Below, in pieces: positions 1 through 8,807 of a DNA stretch of 39,797 bases. The stretch comes from Hydrurus foetidus (lineage: Eukaryota), in NCBI GenBank assembly GCA_900617105.1, contig UYFQ01000493.1, forward strand, positions 1 through 39,797, written 5' to 3'. The first letter of the stretch is position 1, and each line of letters starts with the position of its first letter. The translations under genes and the position numbers were made by a program. The notes beneath the pieces were generated by a model. The model made no database searches. It was not told where the DNA came from and was given only the letters and a program-made list of their open reading frames with translations.

Positions 1-500
1 ACGAGCCGCTGCTGTGATCGAGGTCGCGTGACAGTGGTTCCAGCGGTGGAGAAGTTGTTAAAACAACTGAGTCGAAGTAGTCAGGCAATATGTCATGGCG
101 GTTAGAAGTTAAGTAGCTATGTAAAGTGCTGCTGCTGCTGCTGCTGTTGCCGTCGCTCTGCTGCTGACGAGCCGCTGCTGTGATCGAGGTCGCGGGGGAC
201 AGTGGTTCCAGCGGTGGAGAAGTTGTTAAAACAACTGAGTCGAAGTAGTCAGGCAATATGTCATGGCGGTTAGAAGTTAAGAAGCTATGTGCGCGCTGCT
301 GCTGCTGCTGCTGTTGCCGTCGCTCTGCTGCTGACGAGCCGCTGCTGTGATCGAGGTCGCGGGGGACAGTGGTTCCAGCGGTGGAGAAGTTGTTAAAACA
401 ACTGAGTCGAAGTAGTCAGGCAATATGTCATGGCGGTTAGAAGTTAAGTAGCTATGTAAAGTGCTGCTGCTGCTGCTGCTGTTGCCGTCGCTCTGCTGTT
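1..500. repeat. Tandem repeat, three units of ~166-168 bp (starts at 1, 167, 334) with an internal (GCT)n run; probably continues left of the window
   Basis: ACGAGCCGCTGCTGTGATCGAGGTCGCG recurs at 1, 167 and 334 with near-identical units. On the minus strand a full unit reads as a 56-aa Ser/Thr/Pro-rich peptide (QQSDGNSSSSSSTLHSYLTSNRHDILPDYFDSVVLTTSPPLEPLSPATSITAAAR). Confidence 0.95.
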
Positions 501-1018
501 GAAGTAATTTTATAACAATTTGGCAATGAAAGTCCTTTCTGATCGGCCACCGCTGTGCAACTGCTCAGACTGAGAAAGGTGATCGCCGAAAAGCTGTGCC
601 GTCTATGAGCTGCTGTTACCGATGGCGCAGTGGGCGCCGGAGATTGTTGTTCCAGTTTGGGAAAGTTGTTATAACAACAGATTTAAGTGGCTGCGTTGAC
701 GTCGTTATGTAATGTATATTGCCGATGATGCTGCTATGATTGGGCTTGGCTCGCCCCCAAAGAGGAAAATTTTTCTCAGTCGGTCGGTGATGGAAGAACA
801 TTTGGCTGACGATAGACAGCTGGTTTCCGATCATCTGTTGAAGTAGTGAGTCAGTTTCTGATGGTAGTTGAAGTGAATTCCTGTTTTCCTGGTTGATTTT
901 CATATCATGGAGTTTATTGTCACCTTCAGGGCCTGAAGTAAGCCAATTTGGAGCACTTGAAAGCAACCTCTACATCAGCAGAGAAAGATATTCGTCGAGA
1001 AACGCGAATTTCTGACTC

Positions 1019-1390
1019 TATGCTGTCCACGTAGCTTGGGAGAGCTGTAACGAGGGGCAGGTTTCTTGGATCAACTGCAATGGCTGTTGATCAGTCCACG
1101 AGAATCGCAGACTAGGATGAGCGGCTAACGGCCACAGATTGTCAGCAACAGAAATGTCGCTGGACAGGTGATGGGCTACAGGTAGCCAGTTTGGGTTTGG
1201 TGTTTTGCTTAAGATTAAAGAGAAGTGAAAGGTGCATCGAATTAGCTAGCTGCGAGAATTGCGAGTTGAAGTACTCGAGAAACCAAAAACTGGTGTGAAA
1301 TACTTGTGGTTGTGAGCAACGTGTGCTATGTACGTGCGTACGTGTAAACATGATATATAGTGGAAACTATGAAATAGTGAAACTATAACA
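1019..1390 (-). repeat. Gypsy 3' LTR
   Basis: Direct repeat of 6513-6884; reads TGTTATAG...GCATA on the element strand. Confidence 0.95.
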
Positions 1391-4300
1391 CCACCCTCCT
1401 TCCGGCGAAAAAATATGCATTTGGTAATTTTGAAGAATGATCAGCAGTACCGAACTTCAGCTCAGTGGGTGATAGGCCACCAAGCTCTGAGTTTGGTGTT
1501 GTAGAAAGGGCATGGTTGATAAGAGGTAAGACACTGTCAGACGCCCATTTGTGTGTGAGACGTTCATCATGAACTAAGCGTCGTAAATGGCCCATAAAGA
1601 TTCCATTGACATGTTCGGTACCATTAGATTCGTGACGTCCTACTACGGAGATACGGTGCGGGATACCGAGCCATGAATTGAGTTGTTGGACAACTTGCGC
1701 AGTGAAGGCACTGCCAGGATCGGAGTACAAGGCATCATATGCACCGAAGGTGCAGTAGTGTTGGAATAGCACTGTTGCAACGGTAGGAGCTGTATAGTTA
1801 CGTACTGGATATGCACGTGGGAATTTTGTATCGTGCTCTACGACTAATATTAGTCCGATGTAACCGTCTTCGTCAGGTGGCGTAACAGAAACATGATCAA
1901 TGCCGATGCACCGGGTGTGATGGAGTAGTGTCTCAGTCACTGAAGGAGATGACACTGTTGCAAATGGAATGCGATCTTTTTGGCATATAGGACAATTCGC
2001 GACAAGATCTTGGATTGTGCGGAGAGAGATACCATGACCAGGATAGCGTTGGCAGAGAGTAAGGTAGGTTCGTTTGGCACCATGATGTAGTGATCGCTGA
2101 CCATGAACCGATTGAAACATTTCTTGAAGAGTTGGTGCTGATTCCGTTGATGATAACGATGTAGGTTGGATAGACTGGGGATACATGCGAGACAGCCAGT
2201 CAGCAACACTATTCTTTACACCGGGGATGTGTCGGATGTTGAAGACGTAGCTTTGAAGGAGGACACGCCAGCGTATAATTATGGGCACAAGACTACTTTC
2301 CATCCAGACAAGATTGCGATGGTCTGTCTCGACAATGAATGGCTTGCCTGTTAAGTAGTATCCAAACTGTCGGATTGCGTAGTAGATAGCATATGCCTCC
2401 TTTTTGTAAGTATCCCAATTCACAGCAGCTCCAGAGTATTTGTGTGATGCAAATGCAATAGGCTGATGAATAATGTTACCAGACGAGTCTGTGAATTCTT
2501 GGAAAAGCACGGCTCCAACAGCAGCGTCGGAAGAATCAGACCTGATAATCCATGGGAGATCGTAGTCAGGAAAGTGCAGTGTAACAGAAGCTTGTATGGC
2601 AGTCTTGAAAGTTTCGAAGAGTGAACGGTAGTCTTTCGGCCAATTGTGCGACTTCCAGTCGAAGCCTGTTACGGTGCATTCGTACAAGTCGGATGCCCAT
2701 GAAGCGTAGTTGGGAATATGAGTATGGAAGAAGTTGGCAGCGCCAAGAAAGCTTTGCATTTGCTTTTGTGTGGTCGGAAAGACAAGAGCATTGATTGCAT
2801 CCTTGCGGGATTGCGAGAGGCTCCAGGTGCCTGGGTGTACCTCGTAACCGAAGAAAGTCACGTTAGTAGAACCAATCCAAGACTTTTTCATCTTGAGCAC
2901 GAGGCCATGTAGACGGCAGCGGATAAGGGCGAGCTCTAATTTGCGCTCGGCATCCTTGTAGTCGGAGGCGAGAATGAGGAAGTTGTCGAAGATGACAATG
3001 ATCCAGTCTTCGTAATCTGCGAAAACTCGTCGTACAATTGATTGTAGGATTCCTGATGCAGGACCAACACCTTCAGGAAGAAAGAGAGGTCGGTATAAGC
3101 CCCATGGTGTAGATACTGACAACAGGTTGGAACTGAATTCATCCAGTGGGATTTGGTGGAATGAATTTGTCATGTCGAGATCAACGAAAACTTTCCAACC
3201 AGCAGCCTTTGCGAGGGACTGTTGTACATGTGGAATGGGTTCTTGCGATATCGTTATGAAAGAGTTGATAGGCCTGTAGTCACCGCAGAGGCGTATGAAA
3301 GGGGCGGTAGCTTTGGGGGCGACGACTAAGGGACAGGCAATGGGAGAGTTGGATTTGACGTAGAAGTAGGTTTTCATGCGCTCAAATTCTGTTTTAGCGT
3401 GTTGGTATAGGACATCGCGAATCGGACGAGTGTGAGCCTTCAAGTAGTCAGGCATGCCTGGCTTCGTGTCTAAATGGTAGGGATCCATGTGTATGCCTTT
3501 CCAGGTTTGAGGGACGAAGACATCGTATGCTAGCTCGGAAGTGAGGAGACGGATGATGTTTGGACAGGAAGCACGCATTTGAGGCATGACGTGAGTCTCA
3601 AGATCCTTATTGTATACAAGACGAGCTTCACTCATCGAGGTTGTCAACAACATGAGTATGTCGTCAGGGAAACTAGTTGGATCGGGCGTCTCGGACTCTT
3701 CAGGTGCGATGTCATCGATTGGTTGTGACCAAGGCGGTAAGACAGCACCTGGTGTAGGTTGCCTTAACATTGTGGAAAGTGCGTTGTGTTGGGACTCGAC
3801 GCGATTATCAGCGTAAACGAGACCATGTCGAGGGTGGGAGAGAATGTCGGTCGTTGATCCATTGTGTAGAACAACAGTGAAGATGTCGGTGTTGGGGCTT
3901 GCACATATGGCACGTTTCTGCAGTTTGTAAGCTCGACTTTGCTGATCAAGGTTCTGTGTATTGCCATGATTTGCATCTTGCATCGAACTTTGAATAGTGG
4001 CAGTCAGTGCGGTGAGGTTTTCTCCTATGGCACTTATAGCTGAGCTTCTAGACGACGTTACTGCGTCAGCAAATATATCGTAGAAGGGTCCAACTAGGTC
4101 AATAAGTCCAATAATGAGATCGTGACTAAGGTCATCGAGAACACTGTACCAGAGTGTATGCGTATGATTGTTGCCAGTAGAATCAGTTAAGGAGATCTGT
4201 AGCTGAATCTCTGATTGGACAACAATATGTCGTGCATCCCCAAGACGGACGATGCGATCAGTTGCTCGAGATGCAAGTTTATGCGATGATGGTAGAATAT

Positions 4301-4544
4301 GAAGGAGTTTGCTGGAAACAAAGTTACTACCTTGTGCACCAGTATCAAGGAGACCGCGATTGAAGGAGATAGGATTGAGACCCTTATCTGAAAGCACGAC
4401 ACCAGCACGGACAAAAGGTTTGCAGAGAACTTGAGTTGTAACTGATGTAGTGGAGGCAAGTTGCGAGAGAAGAGCTTGAGACAGAACAGTATCGGGATCG
4501 AAAACTATTGGGTTATGTTCGGCGAGGTGATCCTCCAACTCCAT
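1383..4544 (-). CDS. pol: Gypsy Pol (protease, RT, RNase H, integrase)
   Basis: Protease LLDTGAQ; RT RLCGDYR, DLDMTNSFHQIPL, PEGVG and IFDN; RNase H SDSSDAAVG, EAYAI, TDHRNL and ADWLSR; integrase H..H..CPIC, IDHV and SDPGSAF. The stop codon lies inside the 3' LTR. Confidence 0.95.
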   Translation of the reverse strand: MELEDHLAEHNPIVFDPDTVLSQALLSQLASTTSVTTQVLCKPFVRAGVVLSDKGLNPISFNRGLLDTGAQGSNFVSSKLLHILPSSHKLASRATDRIVRLGDARHIVVQSEIQLQISLTDSTGNNHTHTLWYSVLDDLSHDLIIGLIDLVGPFYDIFADAVTSSRSSAISAIGENLTALTATIQSSMQDANHGNTQNLDQQSRAYKLQKRAICASPNTDIFTVVLHNGSTTDILSHPRHGLVYADNRVESQHNALSTMLRQPTPGAVLPPWSQPIDDIAPEESETPDPTSFPDDILMLLTTSMSEARLVYNKDLETHVMPQMRASCPNIIRLLTSELAYDVFVPQTWKGIHMDPYHLDTKPGMPDYLKAHTRPIRDVLYQHAKTEFERMKTYFYVKSNSPIACPLVVAPKATAPFIRLCGDYRPINSFITISQEPIPHVQQSLAKAAGWKVFVDLDMTNSFHQIPLDEFSSNLLSVSTPWGLYRPLFLPEGVGPASGILQSIVRRVFADYEDWIIVIFDNFLILASDYKDAERKLELALIRCRLHGLVLKMKKSWIGSTNVTFFGYEVHPGTWSLSQSRKDAINALVFPTTQKQMQSFLGAANFFHTHIPNYASWASDLYECTVTGFDWKSHNWPKDYRSLFETFKTAIQASVTLHFPDYDLPWIIRSDSSDAAVGAVLFQEFTDSSGNIIHQPIAFASHKYSGAAVNWDTYKKEAYAIYYAIRQFGYYLTGKPFIVETDHRNLVWMESSLVPIIIRWRVLLQSYVFNIRHIPGVKNSVADWLSRMYPQSIQPTSLSSTESAPTLQEMFQSVHGQRSLHHGAKRTYLTLCQRYPGHGISLRTIQDLVANCPICQKDRIPFATVSSPSVTETLLHHTRCIGIDHVSVTPPDEDGYIGLILVVEHDTKFPRAYPVRNYTAPTVATVLFQHYCTFGAYDALYSDPGSAFTAQVVQQLNSWLGIPHRISVVGRHESNGTEHVNGIFMGHLRRLVHDERLTHKWASDSVLPLINHALSTTPNSELGGLSPTELKFGTADHSSKLPNAYFFAGRRVVL
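1391..1403 (-). other. Gypsy polypurine tract
   Basis: GGAAGGAGGGTGG immediately 5' of the 3' LTR on the minus strand. Confidence 0.85.
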
Positions 4545-4574
4545 TGAGTATAAGGAGGGCCTCGCAGACTCCTA
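4522..4574 (-). promoter_or_regulatory. Putative UAG readthrough signal (stop, 6-nt spacer, stem-loop)
   Basis: UAG GAGUCU GCGAGG C CCUCC UUAU ACUC AAUG GAGU U GGAGG AUCA CCUCGC forms nested stems of 6, 5 and 4 bp; gag and pol are in the same frame. Confidence 0.7.
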
Positions 4575-6305
4575 GTTGGGTTTCGATGGTGGACGTGGGC
4601 TTTTACCAGAAGGCGTGTTGTACTTGCCAGAGCTTTGAGATGTTGAAAACCCTTTGCGATAGTCAGGGCGGGATGGTGCGTTTGAAGTTGAAGACCATGG
4701 AGGCAGCTGACTATGAGCAGACAACTCTCTTTTGCTTAAGAGGTTGAAAGAGTTCAAACAACGTTCTTGAGCTGCTGACGAATGGTCATTGGGACAGTTT
4801 TTTGATTGGGAGCACTTGCCAAAAACGAAAAGCTCGCAACAGTAGCCACGAAATGTAGCCGCGATAGCAGCTCGGGAGGGATTGGAAGAATTATTGGTAT
4901 TGAGTGCTGTCAGAAGAGACTCATCCTCATAATAAGGATTTTCCTCAGTAATGGTAGCAGTGGAAATGTCATGGCTTCTGTAGATGGAATAGTCAGATTC
5001 ATCATCTTGGTCGTTGCTATCATTCTCTTGAGTGTCATCCACAATTCTGGTTTGCTCCTCGGAGTTGATGGTTGTTGAGGAGGTTAGTGCGGAAAAGTTC
5101 GTGCGATATGCAGGAAAAGTCTTATGGACTTCTGCGACGCGTTGATGAGGAAAATTTGAGGCTTTGGAAGTTGCAGTTTGGTGCCTGCCATAAGATTCTC
5201 CTTGGGTGTGGCGCAATTCGCCCCAACGCATAGGCGTTAGTTGAGAGTCAAAGTCTTGTCGGGCTTCACTATGTGAACGTCCCTCCATCAGCTTAAAGCG
5301 TATGAACTTCACGGCTGATTCGAGCGACTTGTGTTTGCATAAGTTGTCTTTGCCAAGCCATTGTAAGATGGAATCTTTTTGAGAACCGAGTGATAAAATC
5401 CAGAGAGAAATGTGTCCAGGGCTATCTTTTGTACCGTAGGTACCAACGGGCATCTTGGCAGCATTGTTGCTGAGTGGGGATGTTTCTTCTGAAAGAAGAT
5501 TGTAGAGGCTGAGTAAATCGTTGAGTGATCTCATGAGCGGCCCGTAGAAAATCTTAGAGAAGTTTTCCGTATTGATGTCCGGGCTTTGTGGAATGCCTTT
5601 GCCGAGGAATAATATAAGCTCCCGGGAATACAGCTCCTTTGTACGAGGTCTGGCAGCTTCAATTAGGATTTCTTGAACCGTAGGATTTGAGAAAGAGAGC
5701 CAGTCTTCAACCATGATTTCCTCATACTCTTGTCCGTCTAGTTGCGATAGCTTAAAACGGTGAGAGTTCCAGTTCGCGACAACGTGAGGCCTAAGATTGA
5801 AAGCGACCATGTGCGCCATCTTGATTTCACGCCCGGGATATTTTGATGCAAGTAGCTGCATCTGTTTTGCGAGGTATTGAAGTCCTTCGAGAGAGGAGAC
5901 TTTCAATTCCTTATCGTAAACGATGTCGGTTTGGAGCACTTGGATACGAGGTTGTAGGGATGGAGATTGCTTCTCGCTAGTAGGTGAGGATTGTCCGAAG
6001 AAGATTGTTGAGCGTCTGTTGCCTTTTGAGCGGTCTTCGTAAGGAGATTCCGTTTCGTCGAGTGTAAAGGAAGTTTCTTGTGGCGGTTGTTTCGACAAAG
6101 ACGCGATTGATGAACGCAATTCAGAGATTGCAGCTCTGTTCTCTTCTTGATCTATAACGCTTTGTCGGCAGAAGCTGGTAATCATAGAACGAAATTCTGC
6201 ATCTTTGTCATCCGTTTCTTTGACAGGAGTTTCGTTTTTCGATGCGGGCTTGCCTGTTTCCGACTTTAGCGTATTCTTCGGAATCGAAGATATTTCTTTA
6301 GACAT
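4572..6305 (-). CDS. gag: Gypsy Gag-like protein with a C-terminal CCCH finger
   Basis: Long ORF between the 5' LTR and pol, first ATG at 6305; C-x7-C-x5-C-x3-H (CELFVFGKCSQSKNCPNDH). Confidence 0.85.
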   Translation of the reverse strand: MSKEISSIPKNTLKSETGKPASKNETPVKETDDKDAEFRSMITSFCRQSVIDQEENRAAISELRSSIASLSKQPPQETSFTLDETESPYEDRSKGNRRSTIFFGQSSPTSEKQSPSLQPRIQVLQTDIVYDKELKVSSLEGLQYLAKQMQLLASKYPGREIKMAHMVAFNLRPHVVANWNSHRFKLSQLDGQEYEEIMVEDWLSFSNPTVQEILIEAARPRTKELYSRELILFLGKGIPQSPDINTENFSKIFYGPLMRSLNDLLSLYNLLSEETSPLSNNAAKMPVGTYGTKDSPGHISLWILSLGSQKDSILQWLGKDNLCKHKSLESAVKFIRFKLMEGRSHSEARQDFDSQLTPMRWGELRHTQGESYGRHQTATSKASNFPHQRVAEVHKTFPAYRTNFSALTSSTTINSEEQTRIVDDTQENDSNDQDDESDYSIYRSHDISTATITEENPYYEDESLLTALNTNNSSNPSRAAIAATFRGYCCELFVFGKCSQSKNCPNDHSSAAQERCLNSFNLLSKRELSAHSQLPPWSSTSNAPSRPDYRKGFSTSQSSGKYNTPSGKSPRPPSKPN

Positions 6306-6512
6306 CCTTGGAATCTTTGTAAATAAAGAAGGAATATTCTTGTAGAAATGTTTTGCTGAATGAAATTTCACTGAGCTTTGAAGATCTTACCCGAACAGAT
6401 TCAGCTCTTGTTTGGCCAGATTCGCAATCTACGACCGTTGTCTGGCTTGAAGAGTCTCTTTCTGATCGGATACTTTATCTCCTCGTTACTGTGTAAACGA
6501 GAAAAGTACTTT

Positions 6513-6884
6513 TATGCTGTCCACGTAGCTTGGGAGAGCTGTAACGAGGGGCAGGTTTCTTGGATCAACTGCAATGGCTGTTGATCAGTCCACGAGAATC
6601 GCAGACTAGGATGAGCGGCTAACGGCCACAGATCGTCAGCAACAGAAATGTCGCTGGACAGGTGATGGGCTACAGGTAGCCGGTTTGGGTTTGGTGTTTT
6701 GCTTAAGATTAAAGAGAAGTGAAAGGTGCATCGAATTAGCTAGCTGCGAGAGTTGCGAGTTGAAGTATTCGAGAAACCAAAAACTGGTGTGAAATACTTG
6801 TGGTTGTGAGCAACGTGTGCTATGTACGTGCGTACGTGTAAACATGATATATAGTGGAAACTATGAAATAGTGAAACTATAACA
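6513..6884 (-). repeat. Gypsy 5' LTR
   Basis: Direct repeat of 1019-1390. Confidence 0.95.
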
Positions 6885-7417
6885 ACTCAGAGGGGCTGAA
6901 TTTGTATCTTCGACGTGTTCGCTACCTGAGTAGTACTTGAAGATGTGAATGACATCGAGAGAACTGAGCTGGCAGCAGCGTCAGGCATCGGGAAACTTGA
7001 CATGAAAATCAGTTTCCGAACTTCGAAAATTAGGAGTAATATCAAAATTCTTAGTGGGATACTTGAGATTGGGCGAACTTTTCAACACTTCGAAAATTAG
7101 GGGTAATATTGGTGGGAAAATTGAAATGGGGAGTACCGCCTGACGGCGGGAAGGTTGTAGTTTTTGAAAAACATATGGGGTGCGTTCGGTAAATTCCAAT
7201 AATAAAAGCTGCAGATTTCACATTCTGAATTTCAACCCAAAATTCGAAATGGGAAATCTGAAAAAGTCTGGGTTCCCTCGTGCGGGAAATTTTACCGAAC
7301 AGTAACGGCATTTCCCGTGAAAATGAAAATGAAAATGAAAATTTCAACTACACTCGCCTTTCAATTATCTCCACAATTATCTTCACAACAATCTCACTGC
7401 CCCATATCTGAATAGAT

Positions 7418-8581
7418 ATGGATGCCAATGGTGAAGTCAATGTCTTGCTCTTAGTAGCTCTTGTACTTCTTGGTGTCTACCAAGTACGCATGCAGCCAAT
7501 TCCACAACATAATTCAGTCCTCACAGGGGATCTCTATTACAGAGAGATAATGGGTACAGTCAATGTCAACCGATTCTTGCAAGTTGTAAGAATGGATAAG
7601 GAGACATTCATCTTGTTGAAAGACGTTCTAACTGGTCCCGGTGAATTACGAAATTCAATGTATATTTGCGCCGGTCAGAAGATAATGATATTGATCCATG
7701 TTCTTCGCGGCCACACGAGCCGAGAGACAGCAGAAAGATTTCAGCACAGTAGCGCGACCATTTCCGAGATAATTCATGAAGTGAGCGACTGCCTCATAAG
7801 TGTTAAACATTTGATATTCGTTCCTGCAAAGGAAGGTGATCCAGTTCCTTCGCAAATAGCGAACTCAGCGAAATTTTCTCCTTTCTTCAACGACTGTATT
7901 GGGGCAATTGATGGGACGCATATTCATGCGGTCATTCCTTTGGCATTGCAGGGTCCATACCGCAATAGAAAAAAATTTATTTCGCAGAACGTACTCGGAG
8001 TTGCAAATTTTGATCTTACTTTCGGATACGCTCTATTTGGATGGGAGGGATCTGCCCACGACAGTAGGGTGTTGGACGACGCTCGAGCGAGGGGATTACC
8101 TTTAATACCTGGAAAGTACTATTTGGGCGATGGTGGATATGGGCTTAGTAAGTATGTTCTCACGCCGTATAGGGGAGTACGTTATCATCTTGTTGAATTC
8201 GACCTTAATGGACATGGTCCCCTGAACAGTAAAGAGCTTTTTAATTTACGTCACTCATCTCTAAGGAATGCGGTAGAAAGACTGTTCGGTGTGAATAAAC
8301 GGAGGTTCCCTGTGCTAGTGAAAATGAGCCCCTATTCATTTGAATTTCAATGCAATATAGTACATTGTTGTTTTTTACTTCATAATTTTGTCCGTATCAA
8401 TCAGTTGTATGAAGATGAATTTTTTGAATTCGATGATAATAATGTACCTGACAATGCAAATGACGACGACGATATTGAGGTTGAAGAAGGTGGTGCAGAA
8501 ATGAATGCTTTGAAAGCATGGCGGAATGGCATCGCTGATGCTATGTGGGCCCAATACCAGATTCACTTAGCTAACTTATGA
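7418..8581 (+). CDS. Harbinger (HARBI1-like, DDE_Tnp_4) transposase
   Basis: Motifs CIGAIDGTHI, GWEGSAHDSRV, YYLGDGGY and FNLRHSSLRNAVERLFG; intact 387-aa ORF. Confidence 0.95.
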   Translation: MDANGEVNVLLLVALVLLGVYQVRMQPIPQHNSVLTGDLYYREIMGTVNVNRFLQVVRMDKETFILLKDVLTGPGELRNSMYICAGQKIMILIHVLRGHTSRETAERFQHSSATISEIIHEVSDCLISVKHLIFVPAKEGDPVPSQIANSAKFSPFFNDCIGAIDGTHIHAVIPLALQGPYRNRKKFISQNVLGVANFDLTFGYALFGWEGSAHDSRVLDDARARGLPLIPGKYYLGDGGYGLSKYVLTPYRGVRYHLVEFDLNGHGPLNSKELFNLRHSSLRNAVERLFGVNKRRFPVLVKMSPYSFEFQCNIVHCCFLLHNFVRINQLYEDEFFEFDDNNVPDNANDDDDIEVEEGGAEMNALKAWRNGIADAMWAQYQIHLANL

Positions 8582-8807
8582 ACTATTTAAATTTGCTAAC
8601 TTCAAATAACTTTTTTTACACAAGTTAATTTTTTACTTAAGACTGAATCAGGAATGACGCAAAAAAAAGAACATACAAAATAGGCGCGAAAGCAATTTGA
8701 AATTGAAGCTGAGAGAGCAAAACATAAATGTTACTGTGAGTTCATGAGATGTACGACTATACATCTCCATTGATTTGAACTACTTATGATCACATGGGGC
8801 AGACAGT

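Larger units (their letters stand above)
1019..6884 (-). mobile_element. Full-length Ty3/Gypsy LTR retrotransposon
   Basis: Two 372-bp LTRs with 4 substitutions, a 4-bp TSD ACTC (1015-1018 and 6885-6888), gag followed by PR-RT-RH-IN, and a PPT before the 3' LTR. Confidence 0.97.
616..7003 (-). pseudogene. Putative unknown gene or pseudogene whose first intron contains the Gypsy element (exon 7003-6926, next exon from 969 leftwards)
   Basis: ATG at 7003 gives 26 codons to a CAG|GT donor (6925). A TAG| acceptor at 971-970 joins in frame to ORF 616-966. The intron without the Gypsy is 86 bp, similar to other introns here. No recognisable domain; stops and indels occur downstream. Confidence 0.35.

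Noticed and set aside
1..500. CRISPR-like array
   Set aside because: The units are full-length near-identical repeats with no unique spacers; the context is eukaryotic and there are no cas genes.
1142..1351. Duplicated 69-aa ORF (also 6636-6845)
   Set aside because: It lies wholly within the LTRs, so the duplication is explained by the LTRs; no motif.
1021..1390. Canonical TG...CA boundary for the Gypsy LTR
   Set aside because: It gives no TSD, and LTR identity extends two bases further.
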